NCBI GenBank assembly: GCA_027492035.1
Contig: JAOZFT010000020.1
Span: 1 to 64,000 of the forward strand
Origin: Thermoproteota archaeon
Lineage (GTDB): Archaea > Korarchaeota > JAOZGF01 > JAOZFZ01
DNA: 64,000 nt
Reading direction: 5' to 3'
The notes beneath the pieces were generated by a model, which was given only the letters and a program-made list of their open reading frames with translations, ran no database searches and had not been told where the DNA came from. A program made the translations under genes and the position numbers. This document shows, one piece after another, positions 18,944-28,883 of this stretch. Position 1 is the first letter of the stretch, and every line of letters starts with the position of its first letter.

Positions 18944-20113
18944 ATGTGGTATTTTTCTTCTCCTAAGTTAATTGTTTTTGGTGAAGATGCTCTTGAGTAT
19001 TTAGAGAGTGTAAAAGCTTCTAAAGTTTTCATAGTTACAGACAAGAACATTGCTTCATTCGGTTTACTTGAAAAGGTTTTAAAACATTTAGAGGTTTCAG
19101 GTGTAGAAGTAAAAGTTTTTGATGAAGTTGAACCTGAACCTCCGAAAGAAACTATTTTTAAAGGTGCCGAGTTAGCTTCACAGTTTAAGCCTGACTTAAT
19201 AATTGGGTTAGGTGGAGGCTCATGTATAGATTCAGCGAAAGCAATCCGTGTACTTTATGAAAGACCTGATGTACAAATTGAAGAAATATCCCCTCTTACT
19301 AACCTTGGTTTAGGAAAGAAAACAAAATTGATCTGCATACCTACGACTTCAGGGACAGGTGCAGAGGCAACATGGGCTGTCGTAATAACTGATAAAAGAA
19401 AAAAAGTTAAACTTGAACTTGCTTCTAGAGAGGTTATTTCCGATGTAGCTATTCTAGACCCTGAACTTGTCAAAAAATTACCTAAAAAATTAACGGTTGA
19501 ACCTGCCTTAGACGCATTAGCCCAAGCTATTGAAGCCTATATTTCACAGTGGAAAAACGACTTCAGTGATGCCTTAGCAGTTAAGGCTGTACAGTTAATT
19601 TTCAAGTACCTACCTAGAGCTTACAAGAAAGGGTCAAGTGACATTGAGGCAAGGGAGAAAATGCATATTGCAGCAACTCTTTCAGGTTTAGCTTTCTCAA
19701 ATTCCCAAGTAACAATTTTACATGCCTTAGCTCACAGTGCAGGTGCTATTTTCAGAATTCCACACGGCAGGGCAGTAGCTCTTTTTACTCCTTACAGTCT
19801 AAGGTTTAATTTTAGTAAATCATGGAAACTCTATGCTGAATTAGCTGAAACAATTGGTTTGAAAGCTGTAAGTAAAAAAGAACTTGCTGTGAAATTTTTG
19901 AATGAAATAGAGAAGCTCTTGAAAGAATTAAAAGTTGCAACTGCAGTTAAAGACTTAAGGATAGAGAGGGAGGAGTATCTCTCGAAAATAAATGAGTTAG
20001 TTGAAAGAACAATGGAATCCACTGGTTTAATAGCTAATCCACGGGAAGTAACAGAAGATGACGTTAAAAAACTCTTCATTTACGCATATGAAGGAAAAAA
20101 TGTAGATTTCTGA
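18944..20113 (+). CDS. Iron-containing (family III) alcohol dehydrogenase
   Basis: GLGGGSCIDSAK, IPTTSGTGAE, DALAQAIEAY, HALAH, IPHG. Confidence 0.93.
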   Translation: MWYFSSPKLIVFGEDALEYLESVKASKVFIVTDKNIASFGLLEKVLKHLEVSGVEVKVFDEVEPEPPKETIFKGAELASQFKPDLIIGLGGGSCIDSAKAIRVLYERPDVQIEEISPLTNLGLGKKTKLICIPTTSGTGAEATWAVVITDKRKKVKLELASREVISDVAILDPELVKKLPKKLTVEPALDALAQAIEAYISQWKNDFSDALAVKAVQLIFKYLPRAYKKGSSDIEAREKMHIAATLSGLAFSNSQVTILHALAHSAGAIFRIPHGRAVALFTPYSLRFNFSKSWKLYAELAETIGLKAVSKKELAVKFLNEIEKLLKELKVATAVKDLRIEREEYLSKINELVERTMESTGLIANPREVTEDDVKKLFIYAYEGKNVDF

Positions 20114-20174
20114 AGGAAAAAGTAAATAATGGCATGTAAACCCACTAAAAAGGTTTCTTTTTTTCTAGAAAAAG

Positions 20175-21983
20175 GTGTTGAAGAAGTTGTACAGTTACGC
20201 AGGTAAAATAGCAAAAATAGATTTAAGCAAAAGAAAAGTTGTTTTAGAGGAAACTCCTAAAGAATACCTAAAAAACTACATAGGAGGTTCAGGTTTAGCT
20301 GCACGCATACTCCGTAACAAAATATCAAAGGAAACAAACCCTCTAGGTTCTGAAAATGTTTTGCTCTTCATGACAGGTCCATTAACTGGAACACCTGCAC
20401 CCTCCTGTGGAAGATACTGTGTCTGCTCTAAATCCCCACTGACCAGTATTTGGGGAGAATCTAATTCAGGTGGAAAATTTGGCCCATTCCTTAAATTTGC
20501 AGGTTATGATGGGGTCTATATAAAAGGAAGAGCAGATAAACTTGTCTACCTCTCAATAATTGATGGAGAAATAGAAATTCGAAATGCTGGTTACTTGAAA
20601 GGCATGAACACTTATGAAACACAGAAAGTATTAACTGAAGAAATTGGGTTGAAGAATTTAAGCATTGCATGTATAGGGTTAGCTGGAGAAAATCTTGTCA
20701 AGTACGCCTCAATAATGAATGATGGAGGAAGAGCGGCAGGAAGGACAGGGATGGGTGCAGTTATGGGAGCCAAGAATTTAAAAGCGGTAATTGTATCTGG
20801 GCATAAAGAAATGAAACTGGCTAAACCTAAAAAGTTTAAGGAAGTAGTTGAAAAAGCTGTAGAGGAAATAAAAGAAAATTTATTGACTTCACTTTACTAC
20901 AATGTAGGAACAGCGGGAGGGGTAGATATGCTCCAAGAGTTAGGTGACATGCCAAATAAGTACTTCACAGAAGGAATTTTTTCTGAAGCTTCGAAAATAA
21001 GCGGTGCAGAAATAAGTGAAAAAATACTGGTGCGCAATCAACACTGCTATGGATGTCCAATAGGGTGCGGAAAAATAATCAAGATCCCTAAAGGAAGATA
21101 TAAACTGCCAGAAACAGATGGTCCCGAATATGAAACAGTAGCAGCTTTTGGCTCCTTAATTTTGAATAATAGCTTGGAAGGGTTAGCTTACGCCAATTAC
21201 CTATGCAACAGTTACGGCTTAGACACGATCTCTTGTGGTTCCACGATAGCATTCGCTATTTATCTTTACCAGCAGAATAAATTGTCTAAAGAAGAAACTG
21301 AAGGGTTAGAACTGGAATGGGGGAATATAGGCCAGGTTATTGAATTAATTAAACTTATTGCTGAAAGGAAAGGGTTTGGAAAAATTTTAGCTGAAGGGAG
21401 CAGGTATATAGCTGAAAAGAAAGGGTTAAAAGGGTTTGCAGCTGAAGTGAAAGGGTTAGAGGTGCCCTACCATGATCCCAGAGCGTTTTTTGGAATGGCA
21501 ATTTGTTATGCAACATCCCCACGAGGAGCATGCCACCTACAAGGCGACATGTATCTTATAGATCTGGGACAGGAAATACCTGAACTTAATATTTTTTCAG
21601 GTGACCGTTTCAATTTAAAAGGAAGAATAGAAACCGTTATAAAAGCTCAAAATTGGAGATCTATCTACAACTCCTTGATAATGTGTCAATTCTCTAACCC
21701 TAACCCGAAACTAATTGTTTCTATGCTTAATTACGCAACAGGTTTCAGTTACAGTTTAAAGGGGCTTCTATCTGCTGGTTCAAAAATTTTTAACCTGAAA
21801 CGGTTAATAAACTTCAATTTAGGGATTTCAGCCAAAGATGATTATTTACCGGAAATATTTAAGCAGCCTTTACAAGGGGGTACACAGGGAAAGACACCTA
21901 AAATAGAGGAGCATTTAAAAAATTATTACAGACTCAGGAAATGGGATCCTAAAACAGGGAAGCCCCTTGAAGAACAACCCTAG
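20175..21983 (+). CDS. Tungsten-containing aldehyde:ferredoxin oxidoreductase family enzyme
   Basis: KSPLT, LKFAGYDG, AAGRTGMGAVMGAKNLKA, CYGCPIGC, GPEYET, GLDTIS, RGACH. Confidence 0.95.
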   Translation: MLKKLYSYAGKIAKIDLSKRKVVLEETPKEYLKNYIGGSGLAARILRNKISKETNPLGSENVLLFMTGPLTGTPAPSCGRYCVCSKSPLTSIWGESNSGGKFGPFLKFAGYDGVYIKGRADKLVYLSIIDGEIEIRNAGYLKGMNTYETQKVLTEEIGLKNLSIACIGLAGENLVKYASIMNDGGRAAGRTGMGAVMGAKNLKAVIVSGHKEMKLAKPKKFKEVVEKAVEEIKENLLTSLYYNVGTAGGVDMLQELGDMPNKYFTEGIFSEASKISGAEISEKILVRNQHCYGCPIGCGKIIKIPKGRYKLPETDGPEYETVAAFGSLILNNSLEGLAYANYLCNSYGLDTISCGSTIAFAIYLYQQNKLSKEETEGLELEWGNIGQVIELIKLIAERKGFGKILAEGSRYIAEKKGLKGFAAEVKGLEVPYHDPRAFFGMAICYATSPRGACHLQGDMYLIDLGQEIPELNIFSGDRFNLKGRIETVIKAQNWRSIYNSLIMCQFSNPNPKLIVSMLNYATGFSYSLKGLLSAGSKIFNLKRLINFNLGISAKDDYLPEIFKQPLQGGTQGKTPKIEEHLKNYYRLRKWDPKTGKPLEEQP

Positions 21984-22054
21984 CAACTAAAAACTTAGTT
22001 ATAAAACTTATTTAAGTTTTAAACCTAAAAATTTATAAGGTAAGCCGTAAAGAA

Positions 22055-22636
22055 ATGTTTCCCTCTGAAAAAGAAAAAATTAAACTTAGTAAACTCCTCT
22101 CCCTAATTCTACGCCATAAACCTCAACTTTTAAACCTTAAACTTGACAGTGAAGGATTCGTAAACGTAACGGTTGAGGAATTAACTAAGAGAATAAGAAA
22201 AAAGTTTAAAGGATTCAGTTGGATTCAACCAATCCATATTTATAAACTTGAGGAATTGAACAATAAAGGTAGGTTTCAAATAAGGAATGGAAGGATCAGG
22301 GCTTTGTATGGGCATTCAATTAGCCATGTAACCCCTTCATTTACACCAAATGTTGAGATTCCTTCATTTCTTTACCATGGCACAAGCTTATCTAATGTAA
22401 AAAAGATTTTAAGGGAGGGTTTAAAGCCGATGAAAAGAAATTTCGTTCATTTAACCGACAATTTCAAGGATGCTGCGGAAACAGGTAAAAAGAGAAGTGG
22501 AAAAGTAGCTGTTTTAATTGTGGATGCTGAAAAAGCCTTAAAAAACAATGTGGAAATTTGGAAAGCTGGAAAAACTGTTTATTGCGCAAAGGAAATACCT
22601 CCTGCCTACATCGTTAAGGTGGAGATTGTCTCTTAA
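22055..22636 (+). CDS. kptA: RNA 2'-phosphotransferase (Tpt1/KptA)
   Basis: LSKLLSLILRH, KGRFQ, IRALYGHS, LYHGT, GLKPMKRNFVHL. Confidence 0.93.
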   Translation: MFPSEKEKIKLSKLLSLILRHKPQLLNLKLDSEGFVNVTVEELTKRIRKKFKGFSWIQPIHIYKLEELNNKGRFQIRNGRIRALYGHSISHVTPSFTPNVEIPSFLYHGTSLSNVKKILREGLKPMKRNFVHLTDNFKDAAETGKKRSGKVAVLIVDAEKALKNNVEIWKAGKTVYCAKEIPPAYIVKVEIVS

Positions 22637-22651
22637 GTAGAGGTGTAGAAG

Positions 22652-23410
22652 TTGAATGCATTAATAATCATGGGTTTGGCAGGGGTCGGTAAAACATTGT
22701 TAACTAAAAACTTTGGAGAGTGGTTGAAAGAGGAGGGTTCGTTAAAGATTTCTCGTGTAAATTTAGACCCTGGAGTTAAATGGCTCCCTTATAAACCGGA
22801 TATAGACATTAGAAGCTACGTTTCTGTTGAGGAAGTGATGGTTAGGGACCATTTAGGAACTAATTCGGCTCTTTTGAAGGCTGTTTCAGAAATTGAGAAA
22901 AAGTGGTTGAAGAAGGTTTTGTCGCAGTTAAACGGGAGGGATTTATATGTCTTTGACACGCCAGGTTTGTTTGAATTATTTGCTTTCAGGCCTTTAGGTG
23001 AAAAACTTATCCAAAGAATAAGTAACTTAAATCCTGTAGGTGTGCATGTAGTTGATGCTTCTAAGAAAATGAGGCCTGGGAATGTGCTTATTCAGGTTTT
23101 TATTGCTTTCTTGAGCAGTTTACACCTGGAAATACCTACTGTTATTTGTTTAAACAAAATTGACTTGCTTCCAGTTAAAGAAAAGGATCAATTAATAAAT
23201 GTAGTGAATAACTTTGACTTAGCACTCGAAAATATTAAAGGTAAAGAGTCAGGGTTAAGAAGGGAGTTCCTAGAAGGAATGTTGGAAGTTTTGCAGAGTA
23301 TTGGTTTGAAAACAAGAATTGCCCTTATCTCCTCTAAAACAGGTGAAGGCTTCTTTGAATTATTTGACTTAATTAATGAAGTGGAATGTGCATGTGGAGA
23401 CATTTTCTAA
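22652..23410 (+). CDS. GPN-loop family GTPase, divergent
   Basis: GLAGVGKT, VNLDPG, DIR, LGTNSA (GPN loop variant), DTPG, NKID; C-terminal CACGD. Confidence 0.85.
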   Translation: MNALIIMGLAGVGKTLLTKNFGEWLKEEGSLKISRVNLDPGVKWLPYKPDIDIRSYVSVEEVMVRDHLGTNSALLKAVSEIEKKWLKKVLSQLNGRDLYVFDTPGLFELFAFRPLGEKLIQRISNLNPVGVHVVDASKKMRPGNVLIQVFIAFLSSLHLEIPTVICLNKIDLLPVKEKDQLINVVNNFDLALENIKGKESGLRREFLEGMLEVLQSIGLKTRIALISSKTGEGFFELFDLINEVECACGDIF

Positions 23411-23418
23411 AAATTTTT

Positions 23419-23874
23419 CTAAAATATTTCAAGACTTCCTTTCACTTTTTCAAGAAGTAGCTTCTTTATTTTTAAAGGGTTCCTATCTATTTCTTCACTT
23501 TTAATCCTTAAAACTTGGAAGCCTAAGTTGTTCAGCCATTTATCCCTTTCTAGATCCTTTTCTTTTACACCGTCAAGGTATTCATGCCACAAGGAACCAT
23601 TGATTTCAATTACTAGTCTCTGTTTAGGCAGAAGGAAATCTAAGGAGTAGTAACCTGTCTGGTTACTGTTTTGGAGTTTATAGTTATGAAAGAAATCTTT
23701 CTTCAGTTTTAACCCTAAATTTTCCAGTATCTTCCTCAGTTTTATTTCTTGTGAAGTCCACTTTCCCTTTTTCACGTATTCCTCCATGACTTTTGACACA
23801 AACTTACTGAAGTTCCTTTTCTGTTTCTTGCTTACTTTTCTACTCCTTAAGTTTTTACTTCTCCCCTTAACCAA
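23419..23874 (-). CDS. DUF559/Vsr-like PD-(D/E)xK endonuclease
   Basis: TSQEIKL, YSLDFLLP..LVIEINGSLWH, DLERDKWLNNLGFQVLRI. Confidence 0.85.
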   Translation of the reverse strand: MVKGRSKNLRSRKVSKKQKRNFSKFVSKVMEEYVKKGKWTSQEIKLRKILENLGLKLKKDFFHNYKLQNSNQTGYYSLDFLLPKQRLVIEINGSLWHEYLDGVKEKDLERDKWLNNLGFQVLRIKSEEIDRNPLKIKKLLLEKVKGSLEIF

Positions 23875-23892
23875 CTTTTTCTCCTCTCCAGG

Positions 23893-25560
23893 CTATTTTT
23901 TAACCACTTTTAGGACAGGTTCTGTTTCTCCTTTTCCCTGGTAAATGATTATATTCGCCAGCCATTTCTTCCTTTCTTTCGGGAAATCTTCTCTGTAATG
24001 TGCACCTCTACTTTCTTCTCTTTTCAAGGCCGAGAAGGCAATTAAAACAGCTGTTGTAACCATGTTCTCTGTTTCAAAAACTCTGTAGGGCTTCTCATCC
24101 CTGTATTCCTCAACTTCATCCAGCAATTCTTTCAAAATTTTCAAAGCTTTCTCAAGTCCTTCCTTATTCCTCATTATCCCTATTTTGCTCCATGAAACTT
24201 CTTTCAAAACTTTCCTTATATTTCCAGTTTCCACAGTCCCTTTTAATGAGTTTTTCACTTTTTCTCTTATAAGTTCAACTTGTTCCTCTGTTGAGGGATA
24301 CTTCTCAACTGTTTCTGTGTACTTTGCTGCTTGTTTACCTGCTAAGGCTCCGAAAACTTGACATTCAGTTAAAGCATTATTAGGCAGCCTGTTTGCTCCA
24401 TGAACCCCGCCAACTACTTCGCCAGCTGCAAATAACCCTTTAATTCCTGTTTCACATTTCTCGTTTATTTGCACTCCTCCCATGAAGAAGTGGGTTGTTG
24501 GGTAAACCATTATTTCATGTTTTTGAGGGTTTAACTTTCTTTCGCTGAAGTATCTATATAGTACAGGTGTAAAATCCTTTATTACTTCTTCATTTACGTT
24601 TTTAAGGGAGAGAACAACTCCTTTCTTAACTCCTCTCCCTTCCTTGACTTCTTTATAGATTGCTCTTGAAAGCAAATCACGAGTAGTATCCTCAAGTTCT
24701 TTAGGAGAATACTTACGCATAAACCTTTCATTTTCTGAATTTAAAAGTGTAGCTCCTGCTCTAAAAACAGGGGGAGGAACAATTATGTTTCTGATAGGGT
24801 GAAGGGTGGCTGTAGGAAAGAACTGTACGAATTCCATGTCAACTAACTCAGCTCCAGCTTTAAAAGCTAAACAGTAACCATCTCCTGTAGCGCCAGACAC
24901 GTTATCTGTAAACTTATAGATTTGACCTGCCCCACCTGTTGCTAACACTACAGATTTGGATTCAAAAACAAAGATTTTATTTGAGGATTTACTTAAACCT
25001 ATCGCTCCCTTGCATACCCCATCTTCAACTATTAAACTTGTTATGAACATGTCTTCTATAAACTTTACCCCCATTCTTTCAGCTTCTCTCTTTAAGGGAT
25101 TCATCAAGTAAATCCCCTTCTTGCGTTTACAGTAGCATCCTCTAGGATAAGTATGTCCTCCAGCTCCATGCTGCACAAACTCGTCATTCCTCTTACTGAA
25201 TTTAACACCCATTTGTTCAAGTTCCAAAATTCTTTCACATGCGTCCCTAGCCATTACCCAAACCAGTTTTTTATCGTTTATGTAACGTCCCGCTTTTAAA
25301 GTGTCCCTGTAAAAGACTTGAGGTGAGTCTAAACGGTTTGAATGACCGAAAGGGGCACTATGCCCTGTTTTAGCAATAACTGAATTACCATCCACTCCTT
25401 TCTTACCTTTAGAAACAACCACAACTTTCCCAACCCCATTTTTCCTGGCTTCAATAGCTGCTCTCAACCCTGCAGCTCCACTCCCAATCACTAAAACATC
25501 TATTCCTCCCACTCCCTTCAACACATGCCACCTGCAAAATTTCATCCTTTTCGCAAGCAA
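23893..25560 (-). CDS. SdhA/FrdA/NadB-family FAD-dependent oxidoreductase
   Basis: DVLVIGSGAAGL, LATGGAG, TGDG, DMEFVQFFPT, HFFMGG, GGVHGANRL, REESRGAHYREDFP. Confidence 0.9.
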   Translation of the reverse strand: MLAKRMKFCRWHVLKGVGGIDVLVIGSGAAGLRAAIEARKNGVGKVVVVSKGKKGVDGNSVIAKTGHSAPFGHSNRLDSPQVFYRDTLKAGRYINDKKLVWVMARDACERILELEQMGVKFSKRNDEFVQHGAGGHTYPRGCYCKRKKGIYLMNPLKREAERMGVKFIEDMFITSLIVEDGVCKGAIGLSKSSNKIFVFESKSVVLATGGAGQIYKFTDNVSGATGDGYCLAFKAGAELVDMEFVQFFPTATLHPIRNIIVPPPVFRAGATLLNSENERFMRKYSPKELEDTTRDLLSRAIYKEVKEGRGVKKGVVLSLKNVNEEVIKDFTPVLYRYFSERKLNPQKHEIMVYPTTHFFMGGVQINEKCETGIKGLFAAGEVVGGVHGANRLPNNALTECQVFGALAGKQAAKYTETVEKYPSTEEQVELIREKVKNSLKGTVETGNIRKVLKEVSWSKIGIMRNKEGLEKALKILKELLDEVEEYRDEKPYRVFETENMVTTAVLIAFSALKREESRGAHYREDFPKERKKWLANIIIYQGKGETEPVLKVVKK

Positions 25561-25576
25561 ACCTTTTTTATTGACT

Positions 25577-26380
25577 TTATTTCTCCCTACCTATAGGGCA
25601 TGCTTTTAAACATTTGCCGCAAAGCTGTGCAGCGGGTGACCTATAATTAGGTGGAACAATTAGTTTTCGTATGCGAGGAGGAATTTTCTGGAGTTTCACT
25701 ATTTCCTTAAAGTAATTCATGGTATAAATTTGTGGGCCTCTATATTTCCTACACTTATAATGGTCAACTGTTCCGTTTCCGGGTAAAGCCTTAACAGGAC
25801 ACGCCTTTATGCATGCGTAACCGCATTTCTCTGGTTTACAGATTAATCCCCATGTGAATTCATTTTTTAAAGGCGGGTCAGGTTCTAAAGGAGCTGAAGT
25901 AATTACTGAAGCAAACCTAACCCTTGGACCTAACTCTGGAACAACTACATAAGATGCAGGAGTGAATTCACCTAAACCAGCTAACACGGCAGCATGTCTA
26001 TGAGATAAACTTGCAAACATTTTAATTTTAAAAGTTTCTCCCTCCTCCAGAACCTTTACATCTCTTAAGTAATCAGGTTCATCTGGGTCAATCGGGAAAG
26101 CATCAAAGCCCTCCCTTTCTAAATAGGAAGCAACTCTATACACTAAAGAGCTGAGTTCCTCGTTTACTCTATCGTACATTGCTTCATAAAAGGGGCTTGG
26201 AATTGTCTCAACAATTGCTAAAGGGACTCTTAAACCAACCACTATTACGCTTTTTGAGTTTGGGAGAAAATCAGAAGGTCTATGTCCTTTAGGAGCATTC
26301 CTGAAGTGGTTAACTGAAGCTATACCCACTAAATGAGCCCCCATCTCCTTAATCTTTTCCTTAACTTCTTCACTTTCCAA
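25577..26380 (-). CDS. QueG/reductive-dehalogenase-like Fe-S (probably cobalamin) protein
   Basis: GAHLVGIA, SVIVVG, LSHRHAAVLAGLG, PELGPRVRFASVIT, CxxxxCxxxCxxxCP and CGKCLKACP. Confidence 0.85.
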   Translation of the reverse strand: MESEEVKEKIKEMGAHLVGIASVNHFRNAPKGHRPSDFLPNSKSVIVVGLRVPLAIVETIPSPFYEAMYDRVNEELSSLVYRVASYLEREGFDAFPIDPDEPDYLRDVKVLEEGETFKIKMFASLSHRHAAVLAGLGEFTPASYVVVPELGPRVRFASVITSAPLEPDPPLKNEFTWGLICKPEKCGYACIKACPVKALPGNGTVDHYKCRKYRGPQIYTMNYFKEIVKLQKIPPRIRKLIVPPNYRSPAAQLCGKCLKACPIGREK

Positions 26381-26421
26381 AAAGGAACCCTCACCTTTAA
26401 TGAAAGACTATTAAAAATTTT

Positions 26422-26994
26422 TTATTTTTCAAAGTTGAGTTCTTTCTCCAGTTCTTCAATGAATTTTTCCATGAACTCTATTCTACCTCTACCCACTTGC
26501 TCCCCCTTTCTCGTGTAAAACTTGCTGATTTTATTCTTTTCACTTCTTAAAAAGTAAGGAACTTCCTCCAGTTTCTTAAACGAATTTCCTATGTATCCCC
26601 TAATTAAAGCTCTAACGATCCCTATAGCCCCTAAAGAATCCAGTGAGTCAGCATCATACAGAACTTTTTCTTCAATTGTTACTGGTTCTGGCCCACCGAA
26701 CCTGCTGTGAGCTCTTATTACGTTAGAAACTTTTGAAATTTTTTCTTCAGGATATTCCGCTTTTTTAAGGAATGTTTCAGCCATTTTAGCACCCTCTTCA
26801 AAATGCCTCTCCCTCCCAACAACAGGCACTGCAACATCATGTAAAATAGATGCAACTTCAAGAATTTCCTTGTCTGCTTTCTCTCTTTCTCCTATTTTTA
26901 AACACCACTTAAGAACCCTCTCAGAATGATCAATCCCCGAAACAAATTCTTTCCCCAAATACTTTTTTGCGTAACTCCATACTTCCTTACTCAA
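26422..26994 (-). CDS. HD-domain phosphohydrolase
   Basis: DHSERV, ILHDV, AHS, LYDADSLDSLGAIGIVR. Confidence 0.9.
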   Translation of the reverse strand: MSKEVWSYAKKYLGKEFVSGIDHSERVLKWCLKIGEREKADKEILEVASILHDVAVPVVGRERHFEEGAKMAETFLKKAEYPEEKISKVSNVIRAHSRFGGPEPVTIEEKVLYDADSLDSLGAIGIVRALIRGYIGNSFKKLEEVPYFLRSEKNKISKFYTRKGEQVGRGRIEFMEKFIEELEKELNFEK

Positions 26995-27086
26995 TAAATT
27001 TCACCTGATTTTTTGTGTGAAAAACTATGAAGGGAAGGACATATTTAAATATTGCAAGTAGTATTTAATACAAATTAATACAAACG

Positions 27087-27371
27087 GTGGCTCTTATGGG
27101 AAGCAAGGTTACTAGTATTAGGATTAGAGAAGATCTTTGGAAAGAAGCTAAAATTTTAGCTGTCAAGGAAGGGGTTTCGTTAAAAAGCCTTATTGAAGCA
27201 TTGTTAGAAAGTGTAGTTCAAGGGGCTAAATTAACTGAAAAATTTCAACAAAAAATTCAGAACGATGCCCTAAATATTTTGGAAAAGAAGAGAATGGAGG
27301 GTGAAACCCCATTCTCTATAATCCATGAAAAAACTGCTGTTGAACTTGTGAGGGAAGGCAGAGGCGAATAA
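27087..27371 (+). CDS. Ribbon-helix-helix antitoxin (VapB-like)
   Basis: VTSIRIREDLWKEAK..SLIEALL and C-terminal AVELVREGR; directly upstream of a PIN gene. Confidence 0.8.
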   Translation: MALMGSKVTSIRIREDLWKEAKILAVKEGVSLKSLIEALLESVVQGAKLTEKFQQKIQNDALNILEKKRMEGETPFSIIHEKTAVELVREGRGE

Positions 27372-27374
27372 AAC

Positions 27375-27878
27375 TTGGAAACTCTATATCTTGACACCAA
27401 CATAATAATTGCTAGGTACAAACCTGGCGACCCTTTACATGAATTGTCAGAGAAATTGGTAAATGATAAAAGCTTTAAATTGTTTATTTCTCCAGTGACT
27501 TTGTTTGAACTTTATGCAGTTATTTCTAGGATATCTCCTTACTTGCTTTTACCTAATGAACTGAACCATACCTCCTTAGCTACGCTTATCCACTTCATCA
27601 TTAAAGATTGTAATTTAAATTTTAAATCAAGAACACTACTTACCTTCATCAATTTTAAGGGATTTAAAGCAACCTTACCTTTTGAATACTTGATGTCTTC
27701 TTTTTTAGCTGAAAAATTGAGGTTAAGAGCTTTAGATTTGCTTCATATTTCATACGCAGCCATGCTGAGGGATGAAGTAAAATTGTTTATAACCGGTGAC
27801 GAGGAAATTTTAGAGAAAAAAGAAGCTATAAAGGAATTCACGGAAGTGGAAGTGCGTCATCCTAAAGAAATGTATTAG
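27375..27878 (+). CDS. PIN-domain toxin (VapC-like)
   Basis: YLDTNIII, LFEL, LRALDLLHISYA, FITGD. Confidence 0.88.
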   Translation: METLYLDTNIIIARYKPGDPLHELSEKLVNDKSFKLFISPVTLFELYAVISRISPYLLLPNELNHTSLATLIHFIIKDCNLNFKSRTLLTFINFKGFKATLPFEYLMSSFLAEKLRLRALDLLHISYAAMLRDEVKLFITGDEEILEKKEAIKEFTEVEVRHPKEMY

Positions 27879-28065
27879 CTTGAAAAAAAGACATTGAGTC
27901 CCTCTTCGCAATAAAATTTTGTGAAAGCATAGAACCTCTTAAGTTTTTGAATGGGAAAACATCATCATACATGCCTCCTTTCAGTTTGGGAAGGTAATAA
28001 TAAAAATTTGGTATAAGTGAAGAGAAGGTCATCTGAAGATTCAAAATATTTAAACATTTCTTAAA

Positions 28066-28818
28066 GTGAAAACAATTATGATTGAAACGAAATGGTATAA
28101 CCTTTTCATAATTTTATTTCTCTTGTTTCTTCCTTTTATGTACACTATTTTCCATGGAGCCTCTTTAAAAACTACTGTTAACTCAGAAGAGAAAGTAATA
28201 ACACTAAATAAGCCCAGTGAAGTACTTTCATGGGCTGTTCTTTTTTCGCTTGTAGGCTCAGGTTCAATAGGTGCCATAATAGCTGCTACAGGAATTGTGG
28301 AGTTCACTTCCTCTAGACTATATCCCAATATACTTCCCGTCCCCCGGGATGAATTAGAAAGAAGGCTTGAAGAACTGAATGACCCAGAAAAACCTTGGAG
28401 TATTCAACATGGTGAAGACACTGATTTCGTGGCTGAGTGGAGAATTGTAGATGCGAAATGGTGGGAAATATTTGCCAGGGCCGGTTTAAAAAGTTATTAT
28501 AAAGCAAGGATGCTCTTAGATGAAGTTAGACATAGGGTATTGTATCATGAAGAAACAGGGGAGATAGAGTGGAAAACTGGAATCTGGCCGCCTTTCCAGC
28601 TTCATATAAGCAAATTCAGTGGACGTATATTCTTCAGCAAGAAAAAAGCAGTCCTATTTGCCTTTAAATCATTTAAACCGATAGATTGGGGTAAAGTCTA
28701 CTCTTACAATTTCGATGTCAACATGATACGCGGCCCCATAGTTGAAACGGTAGAAAGAGCTGGATGGCTTTTCATGCCAGTAACAGCAAAAAGACATGTA
28801 ACTTACAAAGGAAAATGA
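28066..28818 (+). CDS. Two-TM membrane protein with conserved soluble C-terminal domain, unknown function
   Basis: Two N-terminal hydrophobic helices, then DFVAEWRIVDAKW..FDVNMIRGPIVETVERAGW. Confidence 0.7.
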   Translation: MKTIMIETKWYNLFIILFLLFLPFMYTIFHGASLKTTVNSEEKVITLNKPSEVLSWAVLFSLVGSGSIGAIIAATGIVEFTSSRLYPNILPVPRDELERRLEELNDPEKPWSIQHGEDTDFVAEWRIVDAKWWEIFARAGLKSYYKARMLLDEVRHRVLYHEETGEIEWKTGIWPPFQLHISKFSGRIFFSKKKAVLFAFKSFKPIDWGKVYSYNFDVNMIRGPIVETVERAGWLFMPVTAKRHVTYKGK

Positions 28819-28883
28819 AACAAAATACTTTACTACTTTTTTCTTTATGGTTTAAAGAAAGGAATAGGAAATGTATTTTATTG

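Noticed and set aside
25577-26380. Calling this queG or a reductive dehalogenase
   Set aside because: Archaea are not known to make queuosine, and there is no Tat signal or RdhB anchor. Only family-level similarity is supportable.
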